This document shows positions 10,379-19,793 of a stretch of DNA of 64,000 bases, in pieces. The stretch's first letter is position 1; the number at the start of each line of letters is the position of its first letter. A program made the translations under genes and the position numbers. Source of the stretch: a bacterium (GTDB taxonomy: Bacteria > Patescibacteriota > Minisyncoccia > Phycocordibacterales > UBA2100); NCBI GenBank assembly GCA_030648265.1, contig JAUSHX010000013.1, forward strand, positions 3,030 through 67,029, written 5' to 3'. The notes under the pieces were generated by a model, which saw nothing but the letters and a program-made list of their open reading frames with translations, had not been told where the DNA came from and ran no database searches.

Positions 10379-11524
10379 TCAACGCCATTCTTTTCCGCTG
10401 TCCCAAATCACTTTCACTATTGAGCCAAGCGCCAGCAGTACGAGTACAAACTTCGCGATGCCGCCGATAAGAGGGATGAATCCGAGCAAGGAGAATATGA
10501 GCACGCCGGAGAGTACCGTCTTCCACGTGAGTTGATAGTCCGCCGGCTTGTAAAATTGCTTGTGTACGAGCGAGCCGACAAGGACGGAAGCCCAAGCCGA
10601 GGCGGTAAGCAAGAGCGCCCCAAACAGGAGGAGACCCAACAGGCCGAACGGGATGCCGACGAGCGTTATGAGAGCAATGACTGATGCTATCGGAAGAACA
10701 ATCAGCACGATGAGCCCGCGGCCAATCTCCAGCATCGGATGTGCCGTGGCATTGCTAATGAGCGCGAGCGTGCAGCGTTTGAACGACAATCCCAGCACAA
10801 GCGCGAACAGAAGCGCCGCCAGAAATTTACCGAAGAGAAATGCGGATAGAATCGCCAGAATTCCTGCCGGCGAAACCGGGCTTTTCTTGGAGCCTCCCTG
10901 CTCCGTGTAAGTCGTCTTCCCTTTTACCACTGCACCCTCTTCCATGACGGCTTTCGCCGCCGCTTTGTAATCCAAGTTGCCGTCTATGACGGCGTCTTTG
11001 CCGAGCGTCAATTTGTTACCCTTAAACGTCACGTTTCCCTTCACGTGCGAATTGATAGTGGCCGAACTTCCTGCGAGCTTCATGTTGCCGCCGACAGAGC
11101 CGTCGGCATTAAGCGAACCGCCCGCCCATACGACATCACCGCCGACCGCGCCTGAAATTTGCGTCTGCCCCGCGGCAACGACAACATCGTTGCCGACTTT
11201 ACCGGCGAGAGTAATATTGCCGCCGCCGATGCGCACGTCATCCCCGGCATCAGAGAACACCGATATAGTGCCGCCGCCGATGAGGATATCCTGCGAAACC
11301 GGACCGTTGACGACAATGGTGCCGCCGCCGAGAATCAAATCGCCCTTGACCGTGCCGCCGCTTGAAATAGTGCCGCCGAAGAGATACAGGTCGTTTTGTA
11401 CCGTTTCTGTCGCGGAAAATGTCGGCGTTTCGCCGGTGCGAACCTCCGCACCAAGGGCAACTACCGGAATAATAAGCGCACTTATGACAAAGGCCGCCCA
11501 CGAAACCCTAAGAGTGTTATTCAT
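10379..11524 (-). CDS. Membrane protein with a glycine-rich beta-helix (bactofilin/polymer-forming-like) region
   Basis: Signal peptide, repeated GG-x-I-x-V-x-G-x-V-x-x-D units, several C-terminal TM helices. Confidence 0.75.
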   Translation of the reverse strand: MNNTLRVSWAAFVISALIIPVVALGAEVRTGETPTFSATETVQNDLYLFGGTISSGGTVKGDLILGGGTIVVNGPVSQDILIGGGTISVFSDAGDDVRIGGGNITLAGKVGNDVVVAAGQTQISGAVGGDVVWAGGSLNADGSVGGNMKLAGSSATINSHVKGNVTFKGNKLTLGKDAVIDGNLDYKAAAKAVMEEGAVVKGKTTYTEQGGSKKSPVSPAGILAILSAFLFGKFLAALLFALVLGLSFKRCTLALISNATAHPMLEIGRGLIVLIVLPIASVIALITLVGIPFGLLGLLLFGALLLTASAWASVLVGSLVHKQFYKPADYQLTWKTVLSGVLIFSLLGFIPLIGGIAKFVLVLLALGSIVKVIWDSGKEWR

Positions 11525-11565
11525 ATACGCCCATTGTACCCTCCGTTTCCCCTCTTTCAACCCCG

Positions 11566-11607
11566 TTTCTCTATTCCAGTGTTTTGCAAAACACTGGAAT
11601 AGAGAAA
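11566..11607. repeat. Family D perfect 42-bp palindrome
   Basis: tttctctattccagtgttttg|caaaacactggaatagagaaa. Confidence 0.85.
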
Positions 11608-11776
11608 ATATGCTTATATTATGGCTTTGATGCTTTTACATACTCACTCCCTGACTAATGGCTACCGACTATTTCCTGTCCCCTGTTTCCTCTTGCCTTC
11701 TGCCTATTGCCTGTCCTTCTCCCGTATACTCCACTTGGGTTTGCTTACTCACGTTTCTTTTTTAAGGAGACTGCAA

Positions 11777-11998
11777 ATGTCTCGCGCTAGGTTCTCGGAT
11801 TCTCGTTGTGTCTGTTGTGAAAACAGGGTTCAACGACTTCTTTTTTGGACCCTGAAAATCGGGAAATTGTACCGGCCCATACACGTCGCTTGTTTGTGGA
11901 GATATATCTCGGGCGGCTACCAACCGAATTTTGACATATCAATGTCATCCAACCTGGCGACCTGCGTCAGGAAGACTTGGAAAATGATCTTCAGGTAA
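11777..11998 (+). CDS. Small Cys-rich hypothetical protein
   Basis: AAGGAG SD before the ATG at 11777; TATACT upstream; CVCC...HVAC motif. Confidence 0.45.
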   Translation: MSRARFSDSRCVCCENRVQRLLFWTLKIGKLYRPIHVACLWRYISGGYQPNFDISMSSNLATCVRKTWKMIFR

Positions 11999-12137
11999 CA
12001 GGCTGTCTTAGGACCACAGCCTGTTTTCCATGTACCCCCTCAAGTCTCAAGGGTCATATACACCAATTGACCCGTTAACTCCCCCGCTTCGCATTCCGTA
12101 TTTCTAAACTATACGCTATTCGCTAAACGCTTCTGCT

Positions 12138-12404
12138 TTAGTACGAATACGTAATCTCCTTTATTTGCGGAAGGCTCTTTTTTATTTTCTCTTCCATCTC
12201 AACGCCGAAGTGAACGCCCGCCATGCCACATCCTTGGCAATTTCCGATAAGGCGCAAAATGACCGAGTCCGATTCCACGGCAACAAGCTCCGCCCCGCCC
12301 CCGTGCTCCGTGAACATGGGCTCAAATTCTTTCAAAACGGCCTCCACCGCCGCGATGATTTGTTTGGTGGTTTTTTTCGCCGATTTTGTAGTCTTTTTGG
12401 CCAT
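12138..12404 (-). CDS. NifU-like/NfuA domain Fe-S carrier protein
   Basis: HGGGAELV...LIGNCQGC (NifU C-terminal CxxC); near the suf cluster. Confidence 0.85.
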   Translation of the reverse strand: MAKKTTKSAKKTTKQIIAAVEAVLKEFEPMFTEHGGGAELVAVESDSVILRLIGNCQGCGMAGVHFGVEMEEKIKKSLPQIKEITYSY

Positions 12405-12429
12405 AGGTGTGTATTCTCAAGACTTCGAG

Positions 12430-14121
12430 CTAGATTTTCTTCTTACCTTCCATTGAGACACCCTGGGAAGCTACTCGTTTTGCATTCAGTTTGGATTCAC
12501 TGCCAATCTTGCGTAGCGCAACGGCTGCATTATTAGAAATAGATTTCATTTGTTCTGAGGCATCTCCAACAGAACCAAATATTAAAGCTCCCTTAATAAT
12601 ACGATGCATATGAACGCCACGTGCTTCCTTAAAAAGCCCGTAAAAATCATTTGAGGTCAACTTTGCTAGCATTTCAACATCTTCGGGATTCCAACCACGA
12701 TTCATGGCAATGCTTTCTAGCACTTGACCGGGGTCTCTGTCGTCAACAAAAGATTCGAGTTTTTCTTTAAAAGCTTTCGTCACGTCTGGGTCTTTCACCA
12801 TGTTACCAAACGCTGAGCGTTTTAGATCGTAGAGGTCTCTCTCTTCAGGACGTTTCTCAATATAGTGTTTTAGGAGCTGACGAGCTTGTTTAGTGCGACC
12901 AAATTCTTTCAGAAAAGAGACTGTGCCATCTAGGTTTGTAGGAGTAATAACGTCAACATTTTCCACAGCAGCATTATAAATACCATCTAGGACTTCTTTT
13001 TCACCAACACTAAAAGAATCGTGATATAGATCCCAGGCTTTACTAAATGAGCCATCTTTTTTATCACGCTTAAGTTTTTCACTTAGCTTAGCCGCCACTT
13101 TGTTTAGAGCATCAACATCAAAATATCCAAGACGAATCCCGTCTAGCACAACAAGATCAAATTCATCTGTCTGAAAAAACTGGTACGCACTTAGTAATGT
13201 TTGCCATAACTTCTCCTGTTTTGTGATTTTATCTCCACCCCTTTCCAAGTCAAAAATTGGACTGAAATTCTTAATAAAATCTAAAGACGGGGCAACCTTC
13301 GGCTCGTAAACGACCCACCCAAACAGCGTAGTGGAATGTAGAGCTTGATATAAAAGGTCGGGATACGTTTCTGAGAGTAATTCTTCCAACCTTCGAGCTA
13401 TTCGCTCTATCTTTTTGATAACTCTAATGTTGACGATGCCTAGAGATGTGCAGTTCTTGTGCAACAGACCATAAATGCCTTCTCGTGACGAAAAAACAAT
13501 GTCTGCCGCTTCCAGGGGAGATGGTTTAAATTCTAATACAGTATCAGTGACTTTCTCGAGTTGTTTCTTAAAGACCTCCTTATCTTCGGCAGAAAGCTCT
13601 TCGTCATTAAGCAGTAGAGCCACCTTGCACCCACGTTGTTCTTTGAGGAGAGAGATCATGCCTAACACATCAGTAGCTTTTAGATCCCCTCCGGCACGCT
13701 CAAGATCGTCAATACAAACTATTTGATTTCTAACGAGGAAAAATAAGGCTCGTTCCGAACCTGCAAGATAGGGTTGAAAGTTGGGGAACCTACTTAGAAA
13801 AACAACTCCCTTTCTATAATTTTTCTTTATCCAACGAAGTCCAGATTGCAGTGAGTTAATGTCCGGACCTCTGTCTATCTGCTCAACTTCAATAGTGTTT
13901 TCGAAGAGAGAAAATCTCAAGTCATCTAAACTCTTCTGCCCAAATAACGAGATGTACGAGTACCTACTTAGCCCGATCTCTTTGGTACTTAATGCCTCTT
14001 TTAGATAATGACCCCATGCGTAAGTTTTCCCCACTCCCCACTTACCTTTAATACATAGAACTTCAGGTTCTTTGCTGGCAAGAAAACGCTTTATTTCTTC
14101 GTGTACCAACTTGATTGACAT
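12430..14121 (-). CDS. KAP-family-like P-loop NTPase
   Basis: Walker A GKWGVGKT and Walker B IVCIDDLER; visibly more AT-rich than neighbours. Confidence 0.8.
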   Translation of the reverse strand: MSIKLVHEEIKRFLASKEPEVLCIKGKWGVGKTYAWGHYLKEALSTKEIGLSRYSYISLFGQKSLDDLRFSLFENTIEVEQIDRGPDINSLQSGLRWIKKNYRKGVVFLSRFPNFQPYLAGSERALFFLVRNQIVCIDDLERAGGDLKATDVLGMISLLKEQRGCKVALLLNDEELSAEDKEVFKKQLEKVTDTVLEFKPSPLEAADIVFSSREGIYGLLHKNCTSLGIVNIRVIKKIERIARRLEELLSETYPDLLYQALHSTTLFGWVVYEPKVAPSLDFIKNFSPIFDLERGGDKITKQEKLWQTLLSAYQFFQTDEFDLVVLDGIRLGYFDVDALNKVAAKLSEKLKRDKKDGSFSKAWDLYHDSFSVGEKEVLDGIYNAAVENVDVITPTNLDGTVSFLKEFGRTKQARQLLKHYIEKRPEERDLYDLKRSAFGNMVKDPDVTKAFKEKLESFVDDRDPGQVLESIAMNRGWNPEDVEMLAKLTSNDFYGLFKEARGVHMHRIIKGALIFGSVGDASEQMKSISNNAAVALRKIGSESKLNAKRVASQGVSMEGKKKI

Positions 14122-14179
14122 ATCTCATATTCTACCTTTTTATCCCGAACCGGAGAAACTTCATTTTCGGACCCCGAAA

Positions 14180-14239
14180 CTATTCAGCAAACATCTTCTG
14201 AAGCGCATAGAGAGATGAGCATGCACGGCAATCTAGCCG
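14180..14239 (-). pseudogene. Remnant duplicate of the sufU 3' end
   Basis: 28 bp identical to 16004-16031, then a diverged (IS)LYALQKMFAE* with a 2-nt deletion. Confidence 0.8.
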
Positions 14240-14254
14240 AACTGACGGAGTAGG

Positions 14255-15868
14255 TTACTGGTTGAGAGCCGCGCGGGTCGCAGGGCCGACATAGCCGGCC
14301 GCGTTAATGCCTTTGGCAGTTTGGAACTTTTTGACTGCCGTCTCTGTTACCGTCCCGAAGTAACCGGTCGCAGAGCCCGAGAAAAATCCGAGCGTGGCGA
14401 GGCGTTTCTGCAATTCCAGAACATCCGTCCCGCTATCGCGAAGACCGATGAAATTCTTGAAGACGTACGCATCGCCCGCTGTTGTAGCGGCGCCTTCACT
14501 CACGTTCGCCGTTCCGGACGAACTGGATGCTAGAGCATTGAGCGCCGCGCGGGTCGCGGGACCGACGGTGCCGACCGGCGACAACCCGTGCGCCGCTTGG
14601 AATTTCTTGACGGCGGCGGTCGTGGCCGGTCCGAAGTGACCGTTCGGAGTGGCCGCTAGGAATCCTTGCGTTGCGAGCACGGTTTGCAACTGCAAGACGA
14701 CATCACCCGTTTGTCCTTGACGCAGATTCCCGCTGAAGACGTAGCCGGAAGAAGGCGTGGAATTCGCGCTGGTGGATAGACCTGCGATTTGTGCCTGAAG
14801 TTTTGCAAGCTGGTCCATGAGCGCGGAAGATGCCGTACTACTCGCAGTGCCCGATGTGGAACTGGCGACACTCGTGGAACTTGCGGAAGTAGCGGAAGTA
14901 GATGCAGGGACTATCGGCGGCGGGACCACTCCGCCGGGGCCGAGAACGACGATGGTCTGCGTCGTAGACGCAGATTGTCCCCATGCGCCCACGGTTCCGA
15001 TTATCCGGAGGACATGGGTTCCGAAATCGCCCGCAAGCGGCGTCCACGAGAAGAGTCCCGACGCGTTAATGTTGTTGTTCGTTATGGATGACGCCGTACC
15101 CGTGAATGCATCGCCGATGGAAAAGGTCGTGGGCCAATAACCCTGAGCGCCCGCCCTAAAGGTAACGGTCTGACCGGGCGTGATGTTTCCCGCGGGAGCA
15201 AGGAGTTGGATTGTGAGCGACGGCTCCGCGCCCACGCGCACTGTTTGACTGGCTGAAACGCTGCGGCCCACAGAATCAGTGGCGTAGACCGTGAGCACGT
15301 GTTCTCCTTGCTGGGTCACATCAGGAGTCCACGAGAAGTTCCCCGATGCATCAATGTTGGTATTGAGGATGCTTGAGCCGCTGGTTCCGCCGAACGCATC
15401 GTGGAGAGAAAAAGACGGGTTGGTGAGTCGCGATACGGTCGCCGTAAACGAGAGTTTTGCGCCAATCATGACGGTTGGTCCGGGGGAAAGCGATTGGATT
15501 ACAAGCGAGGGCGGCGGTGCGACGACGATACTCACCGTCGTGCTCGCCGCATTACCGACGTTATCAGAGGCAGTGACTATGAGCGGGTGTGTGCCGATGT
15601 CGCTTTGTACCGGAGTCCAAGAGAACGCGCCGTTTCCACTGATGTTGCTGTTGGACGCGGTTGATGTGCCGAAGGGATCGGACAATATGTACAGGCTGGG
15701 TGAGAAACCAGTGGGCGTGATGGTGAATGAGACAGTGGTACCGACGGGTATCGCACCCAGAGGAGAGAGCGACTGAATGGAAACGGACAATGCATCTGCG
15801 AATGCAAAAGGTACTGCGAGGAGCATGAGCCCGGACACCGCCGCAACAAGACGCTTTACGGCCCTCAT
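14255..15868 (-). CDS. Secreted protein with three Ig-like repeats and two peptidoglycan-binding (PG_binding_1) domains
   Basis: Signal peptide; three G.FSWTP...G.H.L repeats; two V..LQ..L...G.FG..T..AVKKFQ...G.VGPATRAALN domains. Confidence 0.88.
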   Translation of the reverse strand: MRAVKRLVAAVSGLMLLAVPFAFADALSVSIQSLSPLGAIPVGTTVSFTITPTGFSPSLYILSDPFGTSTASNSNISGNGAFSWTPVQSDIGTHPLIVTASDNVGNAASTTVSIVVAPPPSLVIQSLSPGPTVMIGAKLSFTATVSRLTNPSFSLHDAFGGTSGSSILNTNIDASGNFSWTPDVTQQGEHVLTVYATDSVGRSVSASQTVRVGAEPSLTIQLLAPAGNITPGQTVTFRAGAQGYWPTTFSIGDAFTGTASSITNNNINASGLFSWTPLAGDFGTHVLRIIGTVGAWGQSASTTQTIVVLGPGGVVPPPIVPASTSATSASSTSVASSTSGTASSTASSALMDQLAKLQAQIAGLSTSANSTPSSGYVFSGNLRQGQTGDVVLQLQTVLATQGFLAATPNGHFGPATTAAVKKFQAAHGLSPVGTVGPATRAALNALASSSSGTANVSEGAATTAGDAYVFKNFIGLRDSGTDVLELQKRLATLGFFSGSATGYFGTVTETAVKKFQTAKGINAAGYVGPATRAALNQ

Positions 15869-15963
15869 ATGGTTTTAATTATACGTCAGAGGTGAAAACG
15901 CGCCAGCCTAATGCACAACCCCGTACCGTAGGGTCCGAAGATTTGAATTAACACTCTGCCTTA

Positions 15964-16374
15964 TTACCGGCCCTCGGAAAACATTTTCTGGAGAGCGTAG
16001 AGTGAGATGAGCATGCACGGCAATCTAGCCGGGCCGACCGGTCCATGGTCGGCATCTGTAGACGAGCCTATCTCTGCACTTATCAATTTTTGAATCTGCT
16101 TCGGGCCGATTGCTTTCAATTTTTTCACGGTTTTGCCGAGCATCCATTCCGTAAACATTGAACTGGAGGCGATGGACAGGGCGCATCCGGAACCGCTGAA
16201 GCGCACTTGTTCAACAATGCCCTTTTTATTTACCTTCAACTGCAAAAGGATTTTGTCGCCACACAACGGATTTTTTGCTTCCACTTTATATGTCGGGCGC
16301 TTCATCACACCAAAATTCTGCGGATTCCGGTAGTGCTCCATTATTTCCTCGCGGTATATGTCATTATTGTCCAT
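15964..16374 (-). CDS. sufU: SufU/IscU-type Fe-S scaffold
   Basis: YREEIMEHYRNP.NFG, NPLCGD, GSGCALS and RLPC; start placed at MDNND. Confidence 0.92.
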   Translation of the reverse strand: MDNNDIYREEIMEHYRNPQNFGVMKRPTYKVEAKNPLCGDKILLQLKVNKKGIVEQVRFSGSGCALSIASSSMFTEWMLGKTVKKLKAIGPKQIQKLISAEIGSSTDADHGPVGPARLPCMLISLYALQKMFSEGR

Positions 16375-16384
16375 ACTTAATACA

Positions 16385-16480
16385 AGTTTACAGTTGACCC
16401 CGAAAACGGCTCCGCCGACGGGGCGGGCAGTGAACAGTTGACAGCAAACCACTGCTTGAATTCCTGTAGACTGTTGACTC
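16385..16480. repeat. Family C heptamer-periodic inverted repeat
   Basis: gtttacagttgac...cagttgacag...ctgtagactgttgac. Confidence 0.6.
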
Positions 16481-16485
16481 CATAC

Positions 16486-17709
16486 TCATGATTGGAATTT
16501 CTTCTGTATCGCATTGAGCGCTACAACTAAGCGGTCAATTTCTGCGGGAGTATTGTATACGCAAAGACTTACTCGTACCGAAGCATCCAACGAAAAACTC
16601 TCGTGCAAAATCTGCGCGCAGTGGTGGCCGGCGCGGACGGCGATGCCTTCCCTATCAAGCAGAGTCGCGATGTCGTGCGGGTGAATGCCAGCAATCGTAA
16701 AGCTGAATATCGGCGCTCTCGCATCGGCGGTTGCGGGGCCAAGGAGCGTGAGACCGGAAACATTTTTGAGCGCGCGGAGCGCGTAGGCAGTCAGACTGCT
16801 TTCATTTTTCGCAATAGTTTTTAATCCGATTTTTTGCAGAAATGAGATTGCTGCACCCAAGCCAATCACCTCGGCAACGGGGGCTGTACCAGCTTCAAAT
16901 TTCTTCGGCAGAGGCGCGTAGGTTGTCTTTGTGCGTGTAACTTGTTCTATCATGTGACCACCAAATACTTGAGGCGGCAACTTCTCCAACAATTCTTTTT
17001 TGCCGTAGAGAACGCCGATTCCTGTCGGACCGTACATTTTATGGCCGGAGAAGGCCATGAAATCACAGTTCAGATTCTGCACATCAACGTCAAGGTGCGC
17101 GACACTTTGCGCCGCATCAACCAGCACTAATGCACCAACCGCGTGAGCAAGAGCAACCATCTCCCGAACCGGATTCTCCGTGCCAAGCACGTTTGAGACA
17201 TGGGTAATGCCGACGAACTTCGGTTTGTGCTTCGCCAATAATTTCTTGTACACACTAAGATTGATTCTTCCCTCTGCAGTGAGCGGAACAAAATCAATTT
17301 TTATTTTCTTCCGGAGAGCCGCGGCCTGCCATGGAACTATCATCGCATGGTGCTCCATGTCGGAAAGCAGAATGCGGTCTCCGCGATGCAAAAAAGCATT
17401 GGCCACTCCGGAAACGACCATGTTGATGCTCGCCGTTGCCCCTGAAGTAAAAATAATCTCCTTGCGATGTTCGGCGTTAATAAAATCTTTCACGTGGCCG
17501 CGGACGCCTTCGTACTTTGCAGTGGCAGCTTCCGCAAGCGCATAGACCCCGCGGTGAACCGGCGCGTTTTTGGAGCGGTAGAACGCATCCATTCGCTCAA
17601 GAACAACGTCGGGCTTTTGCGTGGTCGCGGCGTTATCAAAATACGCCAAAGGTTTAACTCCCCGTTTTCGGAATATCGGAAATTCTTTCTTTATAGTTTC
17701 CAGCATCAT
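16486..17709 (-). CDS. sufS: Cysteine desulfurase SufS
   Basis: YFDNAATTQKP, FSGHKMYGPTGIG and RAGHHCA motifs. Confidence 0.97.
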   Translation of the reverse strand: MMLETIKKEFPIFRKRGVKPLAYFDNAATTQKPDVVLERMDAFYRSKNAPVHRGVYALAEAATAKYEGVRGHVKDFINAEHRKEIIFTSGATASINMVVSGVANAFLHRGDRILLSDMEHHAMIVPWQAAALRKKIKIDFVPLTAEGRINLSVYKKLLAKHKPKFVGITHVSNVLGTENPVREMVALAHAVGALVLVDAAQSVAHLDVDVQNLNCDFMAFSGHKMYGPTGIGVLYGKKELLEKLPPQVFGGHMIEQVTRTKTTYAPLPKKFEAGTAPVAEVIGLGAAISFLQKIGLKTIAKNESSLTAYALRALKNVSGLTLLGPATADARAPIFSFTIAGIHPHDIATLLDREGIAVRAGHHCAQILHESFSLDASVRVSLCVYNTPAEIDRLVVALNAIQKKFQS

Positions 17710-18272
17710 ATTCTTTCCAGTTCGGCATTTATGATTTCCGCTTCCTCTGCGGGAAACTCGCTAATGAGGGCGCCGAGAAACCCGCGCACGATGAGCTTTT
17801 TTGCATCACCCCGCGCAAGGCCGCGCGAGGCAAGGTAGAACAGCTGGTCTTCGTCAATTTTGCCAACCGTGGCACCGTGCCCGGCTTTCACTTCGTTTTC
17901 CAAAACCTCCAGCCGCGGGATAGCTCGCGCCCGCGCGTAGGGAGAAAGAAGAATGACGCGTTCGCTCAAATCAGTATCGGAATTCTTCGCCCCTTTTTCA
18001 ATAACGACCAGTCCCTCATAGTTGGCGCTCGCATCGCCGTCAAGCACGCCGCGCGCCAGCGTTCGCGAGAATGTGTCTTTCGCCTTATGAATGACCTCCG
18101 TTTCCAGATGAAACGCGTTGTGTTTGGCGTAAAACACGCACAAGACCTTCACCGACGAACCCGGCTTATCCAGTATCACGCGCACGAGCAGAGACCGGTT
18201 CTCTTCCCCGAACCAGAGTATGGGAACGATTTTCATTTCCCCGGCGTTTACTCGTACCTCAATGGTTGTCAT
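17706..18272 (-). CDS. sufD: Short SufD-like protein
   Basis: P.LE.....V.AGHGATVGKIDEDQLFYLASRG motif; follows sufB. Confidence 0.88.
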   Translation of the reverse strand: MTTIEVRVNAGEMKIVPILWFGEENRSLLVRVILDKPGSSVKVLCVFYAKHNAFHLETEVIHKAKDTFSRTLARGVLDGDASANYEGLVVIEKGAKNSDTDLSERVILLSPYARARAIPRLEVLENEVKAGHGATVGKIDEDQLFYLASRGLARGDAKKLIVRGFLGALISEFPAEEAEIINAELERI

Positions 18273-18281
18273 ATTTGTGTA

Positions 18282-18379
18282 CCAATCAACGAATGTATTC
18301 CAATCTACAAATAACTACAAATGTTAAGCCCCGTATATTCGTAACCATTCGTAGTATTCGTATCATTTGTAGATTGGGA
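18282..18379. repeat. Family B element, copy 2
   Basis: ccaatctacaaataactacaaat...attcgtagtattcgtatcatttgtagattggga. Confidence 0.8.
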
Positions 18380-18388
18380 CATACTTAT

Positions 18389-19792
18389 TTATCCGAGGGA
18401 ACCTTCCATTTCCAGCTGGATAAGACGATTTAATTCAACGGCATATTCCAACGGGAGCGTTTTTATGACCGGTTCAATGAATCCCTGCACCACCAGATTG
18501 ACCGCTTCCTGCTCGGAGAGCCCGCGGCTCTGGAGGTAAAAGACCTGGTCTGCGGAAATCCGTCCGACTTTCGCCTCGTGTCCGATAGTAACGTCAGATT
18601 CGTTAACAACGATGTTCGGCACCGTATTGGATACCGAAATGTTGTCGGGCATGAGGGCATCGCACTGCACGTGCGAGGCCGCGCCCCGGGCACCTTTCAG
18701 AATTTTGAGCAGACCGCGGTACGTGGAAATCCCTCCGCCGAAACTGATGCTCTTGGAAACGATGGTGGAAGTGGTATTCGGCGCGCAGTGGATGACCTTG
18801 GCACCTGTATCCTTATGCTGGCCGGGCCCTGCGACGGCGATGTTCAAATGTTCGGCGCGCGCGCCACGGCCCTTCAGAATTGAGCACGGATAGAGCATCG
18901 TGGTCTTGCTGCCCAAGCTCCCGCCCACCCATTCCTGAATGCCGTCCTCTTCCACGATTGAGCGCTTCGTATTCAGGTTGTACACATCCTTGCTCCAGTT
19001 CTGGATGGTCGTGTACCGGCATCGCGCTCCTTTTTTCACGAAAATTTCCACCACTGCGGCGTGGAGCGAAGCGGTGTTGTATATCGGCGCGGTGCACCCC
19101 TCTATGTAGTGCACGGAGGCACCCTCATCAACGATGATGAGCGTGTGCTCAAATTGGCCGGAGCCCCTGGCATTCATGCGGAAATAGGTTTGGAGCGGCA
19201 TATCCACCTTCACCCCTTTCGGTACATACAAAAAGCTCCCGCCCGACCACACCGCCCCGTGGAGGGCGGAAAGTTTGTGTTCTTCGGCTTTGACGCACTC
19301 CGTCATAAAATACTTCTTCACCAGTTCCGGATATTTCTGAACCGCCGTGTCAGTATCGCAAAAGATAACGCCCTTATCTTCCCACTTGGAGCGCAGGTTC
19401 TGATAAAAACCTTCCGACTCGTACTGCCCGATGACGCCCGCGAGAAATTCGCGCTCCGCTTGCGGGACGCCGATTTTTTCAAACGTATTTTTTATATCTG
19501 CGGGCACGTCGTTCCACGATTGGTATTTTGCGGGCTCCGTCTTTTGGTAGTAGCGCATTGCTTGGAAATCCAGTTTGCTCAAATCGGGTCCCCATGTGGG
19601 CAGGGGAATTTTCAGGAATTGTTCGTACGACTTCAGGCGAAATTCCCGCATCCACGCAGGCTCGTTCTTTGACTCCGAGATTTGCTCAATAATTTCCCGC
19701 GACAATCCCCTTTCGGTGCGAAAGAGATACCTATCCGTGAGAGCGGCAGAAATTCCCTGGTCCTTTTCTATCACTGATGTGTGCTTTCTCAT
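18389..19792 (-). CDS. sufB: Fe-S cluster assembly protein SufB
   Basis: WSGGSFLYVPKG, QFEHTLII, HYIEGCTAP and LPLEYAVELNRL motifs. Confidence 0.97.
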   Translation of the reverse strand: MRKHTSVIEKDQGISAALTDRYLFRTERGLSREIIEQISESKNEPAWMREFRLKSYEQFLKIPLPTWGPDLSKLDFQAMRYYQKTEPAKYQSWNDVPADIKNTFEKIGVPQAEREFLAGVIGQYESEGFYQNLRSKWEDKGVIFCDTDTAVQKYPELVKKYFMTECVKAEEHKLSALHGAVWSGGSFLYVPKGVKVDMPLQTYFRMNARGSGQFEHTLIIVDEGASVHYIEGCTAPIYNTASLHAAVVEIFVKKGARCRYTTIQNWSKDVYNLNTKRSIVEEDGIQEWVGGSLGSKTTMLYPCSILKGRGARAEHLNIAVAGPGQHKDTGAKVIHCAPNTTSTIVSKSISFGGGISTYRGLLKILKGARGAASHVQCDALMPDNISVSNTVPNIVVNESDVTIGHEAKVGRISADQVFYLQSRGLSEQEAVNLVVQGFIEPVIKTLPLEYAVELNRLIQLEMEGSLG

Positions 19793-19793
19793 C

